Below are positions 21,335-30,684 of a DNA stretch of 64,000 bases, in pieces (position 1 is the stretch's first letter; each line of letters opens with the position of its first letter). The position numbers and the translations under genes are program-made. Location of the stretch: NCBI GenBank assembly GCA_964617125.1, contig CAZTVS010000001.1, forward strand, positions 14,296-78,295, written 5' to 3'. Below the pieces are notes generated by a model. That model had not been told where the DNA came from. It was given only the letters and a program-made list of their open reading frames with translations, and did not search any database. Source of the DNA: an uncultured Acidobacteriota bacterium. Lineage in GTDB: Bacteria; Acidobacteriota; UBA6911; CAINFC01.

Positions 21335-23652
21335 TAGGAGCGATTTTCCTGATGAAAAAGAAACGGCCCTTCCGATTCTCTTTTTTCTTCCTTGTCGGAT
21401 AACTTCCAGTCCGACTCTGTGTCGGTGCCAGAAGAGATGCCGACTGCCTTATAAGCCGATTCCAATTCCCGCCGCAATGCCATTACCCTGCTGTTCTCTA
21501 AATCGGGTATATTCAGGGCTTTCTCCAGGTAATAGATCGACTGTTCCGGGTGACCTGCATTCATGGCACAAAAACTCAGGGAGGTGCAACAATCCAGGTA
21601 TTTCGGGTTGGTTATGTCGTCATGGATCAGTTCAAAGGCCTGGAGAAAGTCTTCCATGGCTTGGGAAAACATGCCTATTTCTTTGTAGGCCAATCCTTTG
21701 GCATAGAGCTCGTCGATGAGCTTCAGGTCCGTCGGCTCCGAATTCGATAATCCGGCAAAGAAATCATCCACGGTTCGGAAAATTTCCTCTTCACTGATGA
21801 TTTCCACCGGATTTTCTTGTGAGGCCGATTTATCGGAAATCCTGCCTTGCGAAAATTCAGCGGCAGGAGTAACCAACGGGACCGGCGAACCGGCGGGGAG
21901 AGGGCTGTTTTCCATGGAAGCGGATGCGAGCCCGAAATCGAAAGAAAGAAGCTTGGAATCAGCGCTTGGCTCTTCGTCGTCTATGATTTCCAGGGTGAAT
22001 TCCTGATCGCTGGAAGAGTCTATCTTCGGTTCCGGCTCCAGCAGAAAGGAGGAAAACGGGGAAAGTGTCTCCGGTTTCCCGCTCTCTTCTTCAACGTCGG
22101 CTGACGGGAACGGCGAAGATAATTCCGATGGGATGGTCGATGACGGTTCGGTGGAAAAAAGTCCGGAAACGGGAATCGATTCCGCGACAGGCTCTTCCAG
22201 AAGGAAGGAACTTAAGCAGGACTCCTTCTCTTCGGGAACGGTCTCCAGGTCAATATTTTCCGGAACGATTTGCGGAATGGGTCCCGGTTTCTCTGGATGG
22301 GTGGAGGCAGAAATCATGGCAGATGCGGAAGGAACACCTCCTGCCATAGGAACGGCTGAATACTCGCCGCTTGCCGTCGTCAGATGAGATTCTTCCTCTT
22401 CCTCCCCATCCCCGCCGGAAGTACGAATCTTAGGCGGTTCGTATTCTTTATCCGGAAAAAGTTCTTTAAACAGGTGTTCATGCAAATTCCAGTATTCCGA
22501 TGGTAGAGGATCGATCTGCAGAAGGTTTTCCACCGTGGCCAAGGCTTCTGTTTTCGAGTGTTTCGAAAGGTAAAGATCCAGTGCCTGCCGGTAGAAGCTC
22601 AGACTCTTCTCCGTGTCTCCCTCTGCATGATAAAGGCCGGCAAAGATAAATTTTACATCGGGATGATTGGGAGATTGAGCATCCAGATCTTGGATCAAGC
22701 GAAGTCCGGCTGTCGTCAGATTCCTGCGGATTAGGGCAGGAAGCGCTTCTTTAAAACCGGAGATGGCCGATTCAGGCTTCTTTTTTTCGATCAGCTTTTC
22801 GAGATAGATCAGCATGTCTTTGGCATACAGATCTTCATTCTTATGGGACAGGAAGTGAAAAGCCTCGCGTGCCTCTTCGAAATTGTCCGCCTGCAGAGCG
22901 GCAAACCCCCAGGCTTCTTTCAGGGTATTTTTCAAAAAGTGATCGTCTTTGATCTTATTGGAAAAAAGCGCCTTGGAAAGTATTTCCTGGGCCTCCGCCA
23001 GTTCATGGGTCGTGGTTGCGGATTGAATCAATCCTAGAATGGCGTTGGCGTGTCCGGGATTAGAGCTGAGAATCAAAGAATATAATGGGTGAGCCTGTCT
23101 TTTATGCCCTCGTTGAAGAAAAATATCGGCAGCATCCAGAAGATATGTTTCGGCATTATCTTTTTTATCCCGATCATGAAGAATTTTCCCCATCTCCGCC
23201 AGACTGTAGGGATTGTGCGGATCCAGGCGAATGCATTTTTGCAGCATGTTTACGGCATTCTCCAGGTCCCCGGATTTCTGGTATTTCTGGGCCAGATCCT
23301 GGTATTGGCGTAAGGCGTCCGATTTCTGACCCTCTTCGTCGCACAAATTGGCCAGCATGAGTGCAAGGTCAAAGTTGGACGGTTCCAGCTGGATGATTTT
23401 CCTATAAATGGCGATCGCTTTAGGCAGGTAATTGAAATTACGATAATATTCCGCTACCCGGGTATAGTAGCGGACGGCTTCTTTAGGCTGACTGAGCCGC
23501 GTATAGAGATCGCCGATCACGCTCAGCGTGTTCGGATCGTCGGGGGTTTCTTGGATTACCTTGAGATATTGAGCGATGGCTTGTTCAAAGCGGCCTTGCA
23601 GGGCATATTTTTCTGCAGCCCGAAGAAATTTATTTTTATTTTTAAAAAACAT
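21334..23652 (-). CDS. TPR-repeat protein with long acidic Ser/Pro/Glu-rich low-complexity central region
   Basis: Multiple TPR-like helical repeats at N and C termini. About 200 aa of low complexity (EEEESHLTTASGE...SSPFPSADVEEESGKPE). Confidence 0.6.
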   Translation of the reverse strand: MFFKNKNKFLRAAEKYALQGRFEQAIAQYLKVIQETPDDPNTLSVIGDLYTRLSQPKEAVRYYTRVAEYYRNFNYLPKAIAIYRKIIQLEPSNFDLALMLANLCDEEGQKSDALRQYQDLAQKYQKSGDLENAVNMLQKCIRLDPHNPYSLAEMGKILHDRDKKDNAETYLLDAADIFLQRGHKRQAHPLYSLILSSNPGHANAILGLIQSATTTHELAEAQEILSKALFSNKIKDDHFLKNTLKEAWGFAALQADNFEEAREAFHFLSHKNEDLYAKDMLIYLEKLIEKKKPESAISGFKEALPALIRRNLTTAGLRLIQDLDAQSPNHPDVKFIFAGLYHAEGDTEKSLSFYRQALDLYLSKHSKTEALATVENLLQIDPLPSEYWNLHEHLFKELFPDKEYEPPKIRTSGGDGEEEEESHLTTASGEYSAVPMAGGVPSASAMISASTHPEKPGPIPQIVPENIDLETVPEEKESCLSSFLLEEPVAESIPVSGLFSTEPSSTIPSELSSPFPSADVEEESGKPETLSPFSSFLLEPEPKIDSSSDQEFTLEIIDDEEPSADSKLLSFDFGLASASMENSPLPAGSPVPLVTPAAEFSQGRISDKSASQENPVEIISEEEIFRTVDDFFAGLSNSEPTDLKLIDELYAKGLAYKEIGMFSQAMEDFLQAFELIHDDITNPKYLDCCTSLSFCAMNAGHPEQSIYYLEKALNIPDLENSRVMALRRELESAYKAVGISSGTDTESDWKLSDKEEKRESEGPFLFHQENRS

Positions 23653-23777
23653 TTCGGTACGCCTTGTTCGTCTCTCGGCTACATCCTAATTTACCCCATA
23701 GCCATCCGCTTAGGCAAGCAGAGAGAAAACCGACGATGCTCATTACCGGGTAGAGAAATCAAAAAAGGACTGATAAA

Positions 23778-23816
23778 GGAAAGGGCGGAAAAACTTTAAT
23801 TTTTCCGCCCTTTCCT
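23778..23816 (-). terminator. Rho-independent terminator downstream of rplS
   Basis: AAAGGGCGGAAAAA-ctttaa-TTTTTCCGCCCTTT hairpin followed by a T-rich stretch on the minus strand. Confidence 0.6.
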
Positions 23817-23835
23817 TAAAAACTTCAAGGAATCA

Positions 23836-24222
23836 TTAAACAGTGCTTTTTGACTCGGTGGAGACTGCGGCCGTCTCGGTCTGACGTACTTCTTTCAAAC
23901 GGGCCGCTTTGCCGCGGCGCTGCCTGAGAAAGTAAAGTTTTGCGCGGCGGACTTTTCCGCTCTTCATGACCTCGATGGTTTCGATGATATTGGAATGGAT
24001 GGGGAAAATCCTTTCCACACCGCAGCCGAAGGAAATTTTCCGAACAGTGAAGGTGGAGTGGGATCCATTGCGGCGAATGGCTATCACTACGCCTTCGAAT
24101 ACCTGTATACGATATTTTTCCCCTTCCTTGATTTTTACATGTACCCGGACAGTATCTCCCTGACGGAAATCGGGTAAATTGGTTTTACAAAACTGTTTTT
24201 CCAGGTAACTGATTGCATCCAT
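23836..24222 (-). CDS. rplS: 50S ribosomal protein L19
   Basis: [35 protein letters not shown]. Confidence 0.9.
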   Translation of the reverse strand: MDAISYLEKQFCKTNLPDFRQGDTVRVHVKIKEGEKYRIQVFEGVVIAIRRNGSHSTFTVRKISFGCGVERIFPIHSNIIETIEVMKSGKVRRAKLYFLRQRRGKAARLKEVRQTETAAVSTESKSTV

Positions 24223-24302
24223 ACTATTTATCCTTGCTGAGTAGTACCGGCCGTTTTATCGGCGGTACGAAAATTGATATTGATCCGATTGATACGAAAA
24301 AT

Positions 24303-24992
24303 TTATGATCGCCCGGGAAGCAACTCCGGTCTCATCTCACGTGTTTTCTCCTTGGCTTTTTCTTTCCGCCATTCTTGAATTTTCCTATGATCTCCGCTAA
24401 GCAGAACGTCCGGCACCCTCCAGTCGCGATACCCGGCAGGCCGCGTATATTGCGGATATCCGAGGATTCCTTCCGAAAAGGAATCGGTCGATGGCGATTC
24501 GGAATTTCCCAATACTCCCGGGAGCAACCGTATGACCGCATCGGCGATAACCAGGGCGGCCGGTTCTCCACCGCTCAGGACAAAATCACCTATTCCTACC
24601 TCCTCATTACACATGTATCGGGCAACCCGTTCGTCCACCCCTTCATACCGCCCGCAGATCATGGTCAGTGAATCATATCCGGCCCAACGCTCGGCGTCCC
24701 TCTGGGTGAATACCCTGCCTTGAGCCGAAAGCAGTACGACATGGTTCTTTCTATCCTGTTCCTGCTTGCGAATCAGCTCCAGGGCCCGATCGATCGGTTC
24801 CGGTTTGAGCACCATGCCCGCACCGCCACCGAAAGGCCGGTCGTCCACGCTGCGATGTGCGTCGTCGGTAAAGTCCCTGAGATGGACGATATGAACGTCA
24901 ATCAGGTTCTTTTTGGCTGCCCTGCCGACGACGCCATACTGAAATACAGTTCCAAAGAAATCAGGCAGTACAGTTAAAAAATAAAATCTCAC
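24303..24992 (-). CDS. trmD: tRNA (guanine37-N1)-methyltransferase
   Basis: MRFYFLTVLPDFFGTVFQYGVVGRA ... DDRPFGGGAGMVLKPEP. Confidence 0.9.
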   Translation of the reverse strand: MRFYFLTVLPDFFGTVFQYGVVGRAAKKNLIDVHIVHLRDFTDDAHRSVDDRPFGGGAGMVLKPEPIDRALELIRKQEQDRKNHVVLLSAQGRVFTQRDAERWAGYDSLTMICGRYEGVDERVARYMCNEEVGIGDFVLSGGEPAALVIADAVIRLLPGVLGNSESPSTDSFSEGILGYPQYTRPAGYRDWRVPDVLLSGDHRKIQEWRKEKAKEKTREMRPELLPGRS

Positions 24993-25009
24993 GGTCTACA
25001 TTCATAACC

Positions 25010-25552
25010 CTAAGGGTTAAGATGTCTGAGTTCTTCCGGGACATCGAGGATGATCCGTTGCTGCCTTACATCGACCTTTTTTACGAAATCTTTGGAGAAG
25101 GGAACCCAAAACTCCTCACCTCCCGTACTTTGTACAACCAGGAGCTGATTGCCTCCAAAATCATCGATGCGCAGAATTCTTCCGAGGGAGTCACCCTCCA
25201 TGTTAACCGCCTGGCACTCCGTTAATTGGAAGTGAAAGTACTGTCCTTCATCCAGAGGGATTAGACCGTCTTCGGCGACCACCAGCAGGCCGCCTACCAG
25301 TTTCTCGGCATCGGAAATCGTACTGACGCCGGAGAATTTAAAAACGATTCCCTCTTTGTGATTTCGAATCTTTTCAATGAGAAAATTCTCAACCCGGTTG
25401 CCGGATAGGAGTATGGATATCGAGGCGAGTCCGGTAAATCGATCAGGAAAATCGGTCTGAATTTCCCCGAACAGCTCCCCCTGATTTCCCTGTGTGTGAG
25501 AAAGTCTTCCGATAGCTACCCATTCCCTGGGGAGGGTACCGGAGTTCAGCAT
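25010..25552 (-). CDS. rimM: Ribosome maturation factor RimM
   Basis: VAIGRLSHTQGNQGEL and a PRC-barrel C-terminus. Position in the ffh-rpsP-rimM-trmD-rplS operon. Confidence 0.8.
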   Translation of the reverse strand: MLNSGTLPREWVAIGRLSHTQGNQGELFGEIQTDFPDRFTGLASISILLSGNRVENFLIEKIRNHKEGIVFKFSGVSTISDAEKLVGGLLVVAEDGLIPLDEGQYFHFQLTECQAVNMEGDSLGRILRIDDFGGNQLLVVQSTGGEEFWVPFSKDFVKKVDVRQQRIILDVPEELRHLNP

Positions 25553-25782
25553 TATTCCAGTATTTCCAAGACAAAACGCTTGCGCAGTTTCATGCCGGCT
25601 GCACCCAGTAAGGTGCGAATAGCCCGAGCCGTGCGACCCTGTTTTCCGATGATTTTCCCTAAATCGGACTGGGCCACTCGCAGTTCCAAAACAGTAGTCT
25701 GCTCGCCAATAACCTCCCTTACGTTAACCTGCTCTGGATTATCCACCAAGGCTTTAGCAATCATCTCGATAAGTTCTTTCAT
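25552..25782 (-). CDS. KH-domain RNA-binding protein (YlqC/UPF0109)
   Basis: [18 protein letters not shown] (GxxG KH motif). Conserved position between rpsP and rimM. Confidence 0.8.
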   Translation of the reverse strand: MKELIEMIAKALVDNPEQVNVREVIGEQTTVLELRVAQSDLGKIIGKQGRTARAIRTLLGAAGMKLRKRFVLEILE

Positions 25783-25865
25783 AATGCGTATCTCCTCTAC
25801 ATGTGTAGTTACACTAACTGTACGTTGGATCCGGTCGATTAAGAACGTTACTTGATGTGTTATCT

Positions 25866-26123
25866 TTAAGCTACAGCAGCAGTCTGTTTGGCGATCTTGC
25901 GAACCAGGCTGTGGACGGTATCAGTCGGTTGGGCGCCTTTGGAAAGCCAATATTGAAAACGTTCCAAGTTGACCTTCAAGAAGGAAGCACCTTCTTCCCG
26001 AGGATTGTAATGTCCGAGGATCTCAACAAAACTGCTGTCACGACGTGATCGCCTTTCAGCCACTACCATGCGATAAAAAGGTTTTTTCTTCGAACCCATT
26101 CGAGTCAATCTAATTTTTAACAT
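25866..26123 (-). CDS. rpsP: 30S ribosomal protein S16
   Basis: [41 protein letters not shown]. Confidence 0.9.
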   Translation of the reverse strand: MLKIRLTRMGSKKKPFYRMVVAERRSRRDSSFVEILGHYNPREEGASFLKVNLERFQYWLSKGAQPTDTVHSLVRKIAKQTAAVA

Positions 26124-26274
26124 CCTACTCCTTACTTTCTCTCCATTTCATTAAGTTCACGGGAAAAGAGTCAATTATTACATAAAAGCGAATATTTGAC
26201 AATAGTTAGGAACAGATTTGCCTCCGCACAAGATTAGGAGCAAAGGCTTGATGGCTTTCATCCCGCCGATGGCT

Positions 26275-27651
26275 TTATCCGAAAAACGGTCTTCCTCCCG
26301 GGCCGGGAAAAAAATCCGACTTCTTTTTCATCTTTTTCAGCATGGTTCGTCCCATAAAGCTGTTGCTCATGCTTTTCAGCATTTTTTTCATGTCCACATA
26401 TTGTTTGAGTAAACGATTAACTTCCTGGACCGGCCGGCCAGAACCCAGAGAAATTCTCTTGCGGCGATGTCCGTTGATGATCTGGTGATTGGATCTCTCC
26501 GTCGGGGTCATGGAATTGATAATGGCCTCGATATGCAGAAGCTCCTTTTCATCGATCTGCAGTTTGTTAAGGCCCTTGAGCGGACCTATTCCGGGAAGCA
26601 TTCCCAGCAGCTGTTCCATGGGGCCCATTTTGCGCAGTTGCCGGAGTTGGTCGCGGAAATCCTCCAGGTCGAATTCGTTGCGACGGATCCGTTCGGCCAT
26701 TTCGGCGGCCTTGTCTTCTTCTATGGTTTGTTCTGCCTTTTCGATCAGGGAGAGGACATCGCCCATTCCGAGAATACGGCCGGCCAGTCGGTCGGGATAG
26801 AAAGGTTCCAGGGCATCGAGTTTTTCCCCGATTCCGGCGAATTTGATCGGCTGTCCCACGACATGCCGTAAAGACAAAGCCGCTCCTCCACGGGCATCAC
26901 CGTCCAGTTTGGTCAGAATTACACCGCTAAGGCCCAGCCGGTTGTGGAATTCCGAGGCGCTTTTCACCACGTCTTGACCGGTCATCGAGTCTGCCACCAG
27001 CAGGGTTTCTACCGGCTGGGTCAGATCTTTGATCTTTTGCAGTTCCTGCATCAGTTCTTCATGGATATGCAGCCGTCCGGCCGTGTCGAGAATTAGAACA
27101 TCATATCCCTTGTTCCGGGCGTGATTCAGGGCGTTGCCGGCCAGAACCAGGGGGTCCATAATCTCCGGTTCTTCATGTACAGGCAGGGATAGGGAATGGG
27201 CAATGACGCTGAGCTGTTCTCTGGCGGCCGGACGATAGACATCCAACGAAACCAGAAGAGGATGGTGCCCTTCCTGGGAAAGATGACGGGCCAATTTTCC
27301 CGAAGTAGTTGTTTTTCCGGAGCCCTGCAGACCCACCATTAAAAGAACGCTTGGCGGTTGCTTGGAGAAAGTGAGAGAGGCTTGTCCGCCTCCGAGTACT
27401 TCGATGAGCTCTTCGTGGACGATTTTGACCACTTGCTGTCCGGGGGAGAGACTCATCATGACGTCCTGCCCCATGGATTTCTCGCGGACTCTTTCAATAA
27501 AACTCTTGACTACTTTAAAATGGACGTCCGCTTCCAGCAGGGCCAGTCTGACCTCCTTCATTGCTTCGTCGATGTGACGGGGAGTCAGATGCCCTTCGCC
27601 CTTTAAATCCTTTAAAATCTTTTGAAAACGTTTTGATAAATTTTCAAACAT
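26275..27651 (-). CDS. ffh: Signal recognition particle protein Ffh
   Basis: MFENLSKRFQKILKDL start. GxxGxGKTT P-loop (GLQGSGKTTTSGKLA). M-domain Met-rich C-terminus. Confidence 0.9.
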   Translation of the reverse strand: MFENLSKRFQKILKDLKGEGHLTPRHIDEAMKEVRLALLEADVHFKVVKSFIERVREKSMGQDVMMSLSPGQQVVKIVHEELIEVLGGGQASLTFSKQPPSVLLMVGLQGSGKTTTSGKLARHLSQEGHHPLLVSLDVYRPAAREQLSVIAHSLSLPVHEEPEIMDPLVLAGNALNHARNKGYDVLILDTAGRLHIHEELMQELQKIKDLTQPVETLLVADSMTGQDVVKSASEFHNRLGLSGVILTKLDGDARGGAALSLRHVVGQPIKFAGIGEKLDALEPFYPDRLAGRILGMGDVLSLIEKAEQTIEEDKAAEMAERIRRNEFDLEDFRDQLRQLRKMGPMEQLLGMLPGIGPLKGLNKLQIDEKELLHIEAIINSMTPTERSNHQIINGHRRKRISLGSGRPVQEVNRLLKQYVDMKKMLKSMSNSFMGRTMLKKMKKKSDFFPGPGGRPFFG

Positions 27652-27938
27652 AAAACGCCTAACCAAATGGGTACGGATACCAAACGATTGAAACCGTCAG
27701 GAAACCCCTGACTGTGTCCTGCCACGGAGTCGAGAAGCCCCCATATGGGACGAGACAATTTATTACAGACTGGGCTTACGGTCAAGGGTAGTTTCCTTTG
27801 CATTATGCGAATTGCAGGTCCTCATTCGTGACATGTACACCGTAAGCCAGGGTTTTCTTGGAGATTTTTTCCCTTGAATCCGGTCATTCTTATTTTTTTC
27901 TGTATGGAAAAAAAAGGATACAGGTTAAAATTTCCCCA

Positions 27939-29672
27939 ATGGCTATTCAGAAAGTTGGAAGATACGAAATTCTACGCGAACTGGGTCGAGGCGGGCAAAG
28001 CGTTGCTTATCTGGCCAGGGATCCGGTGATCGGTCGTTTGACGGCCATCAAGCTCATGCAGCCTCTGTTGGGTTATTCGCCGGCGCAAAAGAAGGAATAC
28101 TGGGAGAGGTTTTTACGGGAAGCACAGGCTGCCGGTCGGTTAATGCATGGCAACATTGCCGTCATCTACGATGTCGGGGAGGCAGATGGCTCTCCCTTTA
28201 TAGCCATGGAATACATTGAAGGTGAAACACTGGCCGTCCTGCTAAAAAAGCAGTTTCCCATCCATTTCAGCCGCGTAATAGGATTGATCCGTCAGGTCCT
28301 GAATGGACTGCAGTATGCCCATGAAAACGGAATCATCCACCGAGACATCAAACCGGGAAACATTATGGTAACCCGCAAGGATGTCGTCAAATTGGTGGAT
28401 TTCGGCATCGCCAAGGTAGACTCGACGCAAATCACCTCTCCAGGCCATGTTTTGGGAACTCCGAGCTATATGTCTCCGGAACAGATCACGGGAGAAAAAG
28501 TCGATCGCCGGACCGATATCTTCTCTGTAGGAGTGGTACTTTACCAATGCCTGGCCGGTCGTCTCCCTTTCACAGGGGACCATGCTACGACCATCGTCTA
28601 TCGTATTGTTCACGAACCCTACGCAACCTTGGATAGCAAGGAGCTTGAATTGCCTCCGGGAATGGAGGAAATTCTGCAAAAGGCGCTGAAAAAGAAAAAA
28701 GAAGAACGATTTTCCAGCTGTGCCGAGATGGAAAAAAGTCTGGAACTCCTCCTGGAAAGGGGTCTTCTGGACGCGGATTTTTCCCTGGAAGGCTGCCGAA
28801 CCGTATCCCTTGACAATATTTCGGCCATCGCCAACAAGCCTTTGTCACCGACCGGCGGATCGGGCGATGGTACAAAAAAGAAATCCTCTGAGAAAGCAGG
28901 TCGAACGGAGGATTCAAGCGGATTGAAAGCTGTTGCGAATCCACCGGCGGCAGGACGATCACAAAAATATTGGCTGGCGGCAAGCGGGGTCCTTTTTACG
29001 GTCCTTTTTTTGTTTGCACTTGCTTACGCCGTTTTTTACCGGGGGGACAGCTCCATGCCTTCCGCTACGCTCCTTCCCCCCACTACCCTACCGGAACTGA
29101 ATACAATCCTAACCACATCCAGTACGATGGTCGTGGAAACGAGCCTCACCGAGGCCATAACGACCACCAGCCTGTCACTCTCGGGAGGGCTGCCTGCCGG
29201 CCGGAGTTCATTGGTGAAAGCTCGTATGGCAGCCACCACGGTGTTATTACCGACCACGACGGAGCTGATAGACACCTCTACCACCAGCAGTGCCCCGGTG
29301 GTTACAACGACCATACGGGTTATCGACGATTCCAAAGCGGATGCCTCACGGAAAGAGAGTCAGCAGGCATGGAAAATACTTGTCACTCATAATCATCGCA
29401 TAGGCGGATGCCGCGGGAATCTGATCATTACCGAAGAGAGTCTGGAATATTACCCGGAGAAGGGTAATCACAACCTCAAAGTGGTAGTGACGGATATAGA
29501 GCGGCTGAACTGGCGCGAGAGTCCGAATAAATTCAGGATAAGCCTGCGTTTGAAAACCGGAAAAGAAGCCAACTATGAAGCGGAAGGGGCGGAAAACAAG
29601 GTGCTTTTAAAACAAGCCTACGATGCCCTGCGAAGATCGTTTACTGCCATCAGTACGGAGGCTACGCCTTGA
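27939..29672 (+). CDS. Ser/Thr protein kinase, single-pass membrane; Thr/Ser-rich extracytoplasmic linker + C-terminal ~110-aa domain
   Basis: Kinase motifs GRGGQSVAY, AIK and HRDIKPGNIM, DFG. TM segment WLAASGVLFTVLFLFALAYAVF. T/S-rich stretch, then a conserved-looking C-terminal domain. Confidence 0.8.
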   Translation: MAIQKVGRYEILRELGRGGQSVAYLARDPVIGRLTAIKLMQPLLGYSPAQKKEYWERFLREAQAAGRLMHGNIAVIYDVGEADGSPFIAMEYIEGETLAVLLKKQFPIHFSRVIGLIRQVLNGLQYAHENGIIHRDIKPGNIMVTRKDVVKLVDFGIAKVDSTQITSPGHVLGTPSYMSPEQITGEKVDRRTDIFSVGVVLYQCLAGRLPFTGDHATTIVYRIVHEPYATLDSKELELPPGMEEILQKALKKKKEERFSSCAEMEKSLELLLERGLLDADFSLEGCRTVSLDNISAIANKPLSPTGGSGDGTKKKSSEKAGRTEDSSGLKAVANPPAAGRSQKYWLAASGVLFTVLFLFALAYAVFYRGDSSMPSATLLPPTTLPELNTILTTSSTMVVETSLTEAITTTSLSLSGGLPAGRSSLVKARMAATTVLLPTTTELIDTSTTSSAPVVTTTIRVIDDSKADASRKESQQAWKILVTHNHRIGGCRGNLIITEESLEYYPEKGNHNLKVVVTDIERLNWRESPNKFRISLRLKTGKEANYEAEGAENKVLLKQAYDALRRSFTAISTEATP

Positions 29673-30120
29673 AATTGGATGCGTTCCTGATTCCGTTCCG
29701 GTCCCGGCGATGATTCCAGAGCACAAAAGCGGACAAGGCAAGGAAACCGAGGTCGCGCAGGATCGTAAGCCAGAGAGGAGTCGGATCCTCGGACTTTCCT
29801 ACCTGGAAGCAGCCACAGTCGATTTCCAGCCCACGAAGAACGGCGGAAAGCATCGCGATAATGAATACCAGCATAAAACCGGTTGTCATCAAGGAACAAG
29901 CCCGGACTTTATAACCGATGATCAGAAATAAGCCGCAGAAGAGTTCGATCCAGGGCAGAGTGGCTGCTGCGAGTAGGTTGGCCCAATAGGGCAGGACCTG
30001 ATACGCCGCGATGTTGTGGGCGAAATCCATCGCATAGGGAATCTTCAGTGCGCCGGAAACAAGGAAGATGGCCCCAAGGACCAATCGTGCCAGGAGGAAA
30101 AGATATCGTCGTACGGGCAT
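29662..30120 (-). CDS. DoxX family membrane protein
   Basis: LVLGAIFLVSGALKI...LAAATLPWIELFCGLFLIIG is typical of DoxX/DoxD. Start chosen at MPVRRY to avoid overlap with the upstream rhodanese gene. Confidence 0.6.
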   Translation of the reverse strand: MPVRRYLFLLARLVLGAIFLVSGALKIPYAMDFAHNIAAYQVLPYWANLLAAATLPWIELFCGLFLIIGYKVRACSLMTTGFMLVFIIAMLSAVLRGLEIDCGCFQVGKSEDPTPLWLTILRDLGFLALSAFVLWNHRRDRNGIRNASNFKA

Positions 30121-30142
30121 AGGGATCTTCTGAGGTTGTTTT

Positions 30143-30670
30143 TTATTGTCCGGCAACGGTGTTGAGTGAGCTCTCTGTTGGATATCCGGCCTGTTCCCAC
30201 TCGGGAAATCCACCATGAAATACGGCCAGCCGGGTGTAACCGTCCTCTTTCAATTTTTGTGCCAGAACATGGCTGTCTTCACAATCGTAGCCGGTACAAT
30301 AAAAGACGAAAGGAGTTTCCTTGTCGAATTTTTTCTGAAAATCGGTCCAGAACGGTTCGGCTTGGGTGTAGGGGAGGTTGATGGCCCCGGCAATATGTTT
30401 CTGGAGATAGAAAATATTTTTGCGGGCGTCCACGAAGGTGGCGGCCCCGGCATCAAATAGAGATTTTGTTTCAGCCAGGTCGATCTGCTTGAGGCCTTGC
30501 GGGATGGTAGCCGTGGTAAGCGGAAGCTGGCCAGAACCCAAAAGGAGCGACTTGTTCAACAAAGACCAGTTGTATAGGACACCGCATGAGCCTCCAACCA
30601 AAACCAACAGGAGGATGACCTGGAAGTCTCGATACAAATCCTTGGTATGCAATGGAAAGGTCATAGTCAA
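30143..30670 (-). CDS. Membrane-anchored rhodanese-like domain protein (non-canonical active-site loop)
   Basis: N-terminal TM helix. Rhodanese fold with FVDARKN...INLPY...FVFYCTGYDCEDS. The Cys loop lacks the usual Arg. Confidence 0.55.
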   Translation of the reverse strand: MTMTFPLHTKDLYRDFQVILLLVLVGGSCGVLYNWSLLNKSLLLGSGQLPLTTATIPQGLKQIDLAETKSLFDAGAATFVDARKNIFYLQKHIAGAINLPYTQAEPFWTDFQKKFDKETPFVFYCTGYDCEDSHVLAQKLKEDGYTRLAVFHGGFPEWEQAGYPTESSLNTVAGQ

Positions 30671-30684
30671 TGGGAGACAGCGGA

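Noticed and set aside
26218-26412. 64-aa plus-strand ORF overlapping the 3' end of ffh and the rpsP-ffh spacer.
   Set aside because: It is antisense to a conserved gene, short, and has no RBS or motif.
27667-27938. Looked for SRP RNA (4.5S/ffs) or another structured ncRNA in the ffh/kinase divergent intergenic region.
   Set aside because: No match to the conserved SRP RNA domain IV motif. The region looks like a plain divergent promoter region.
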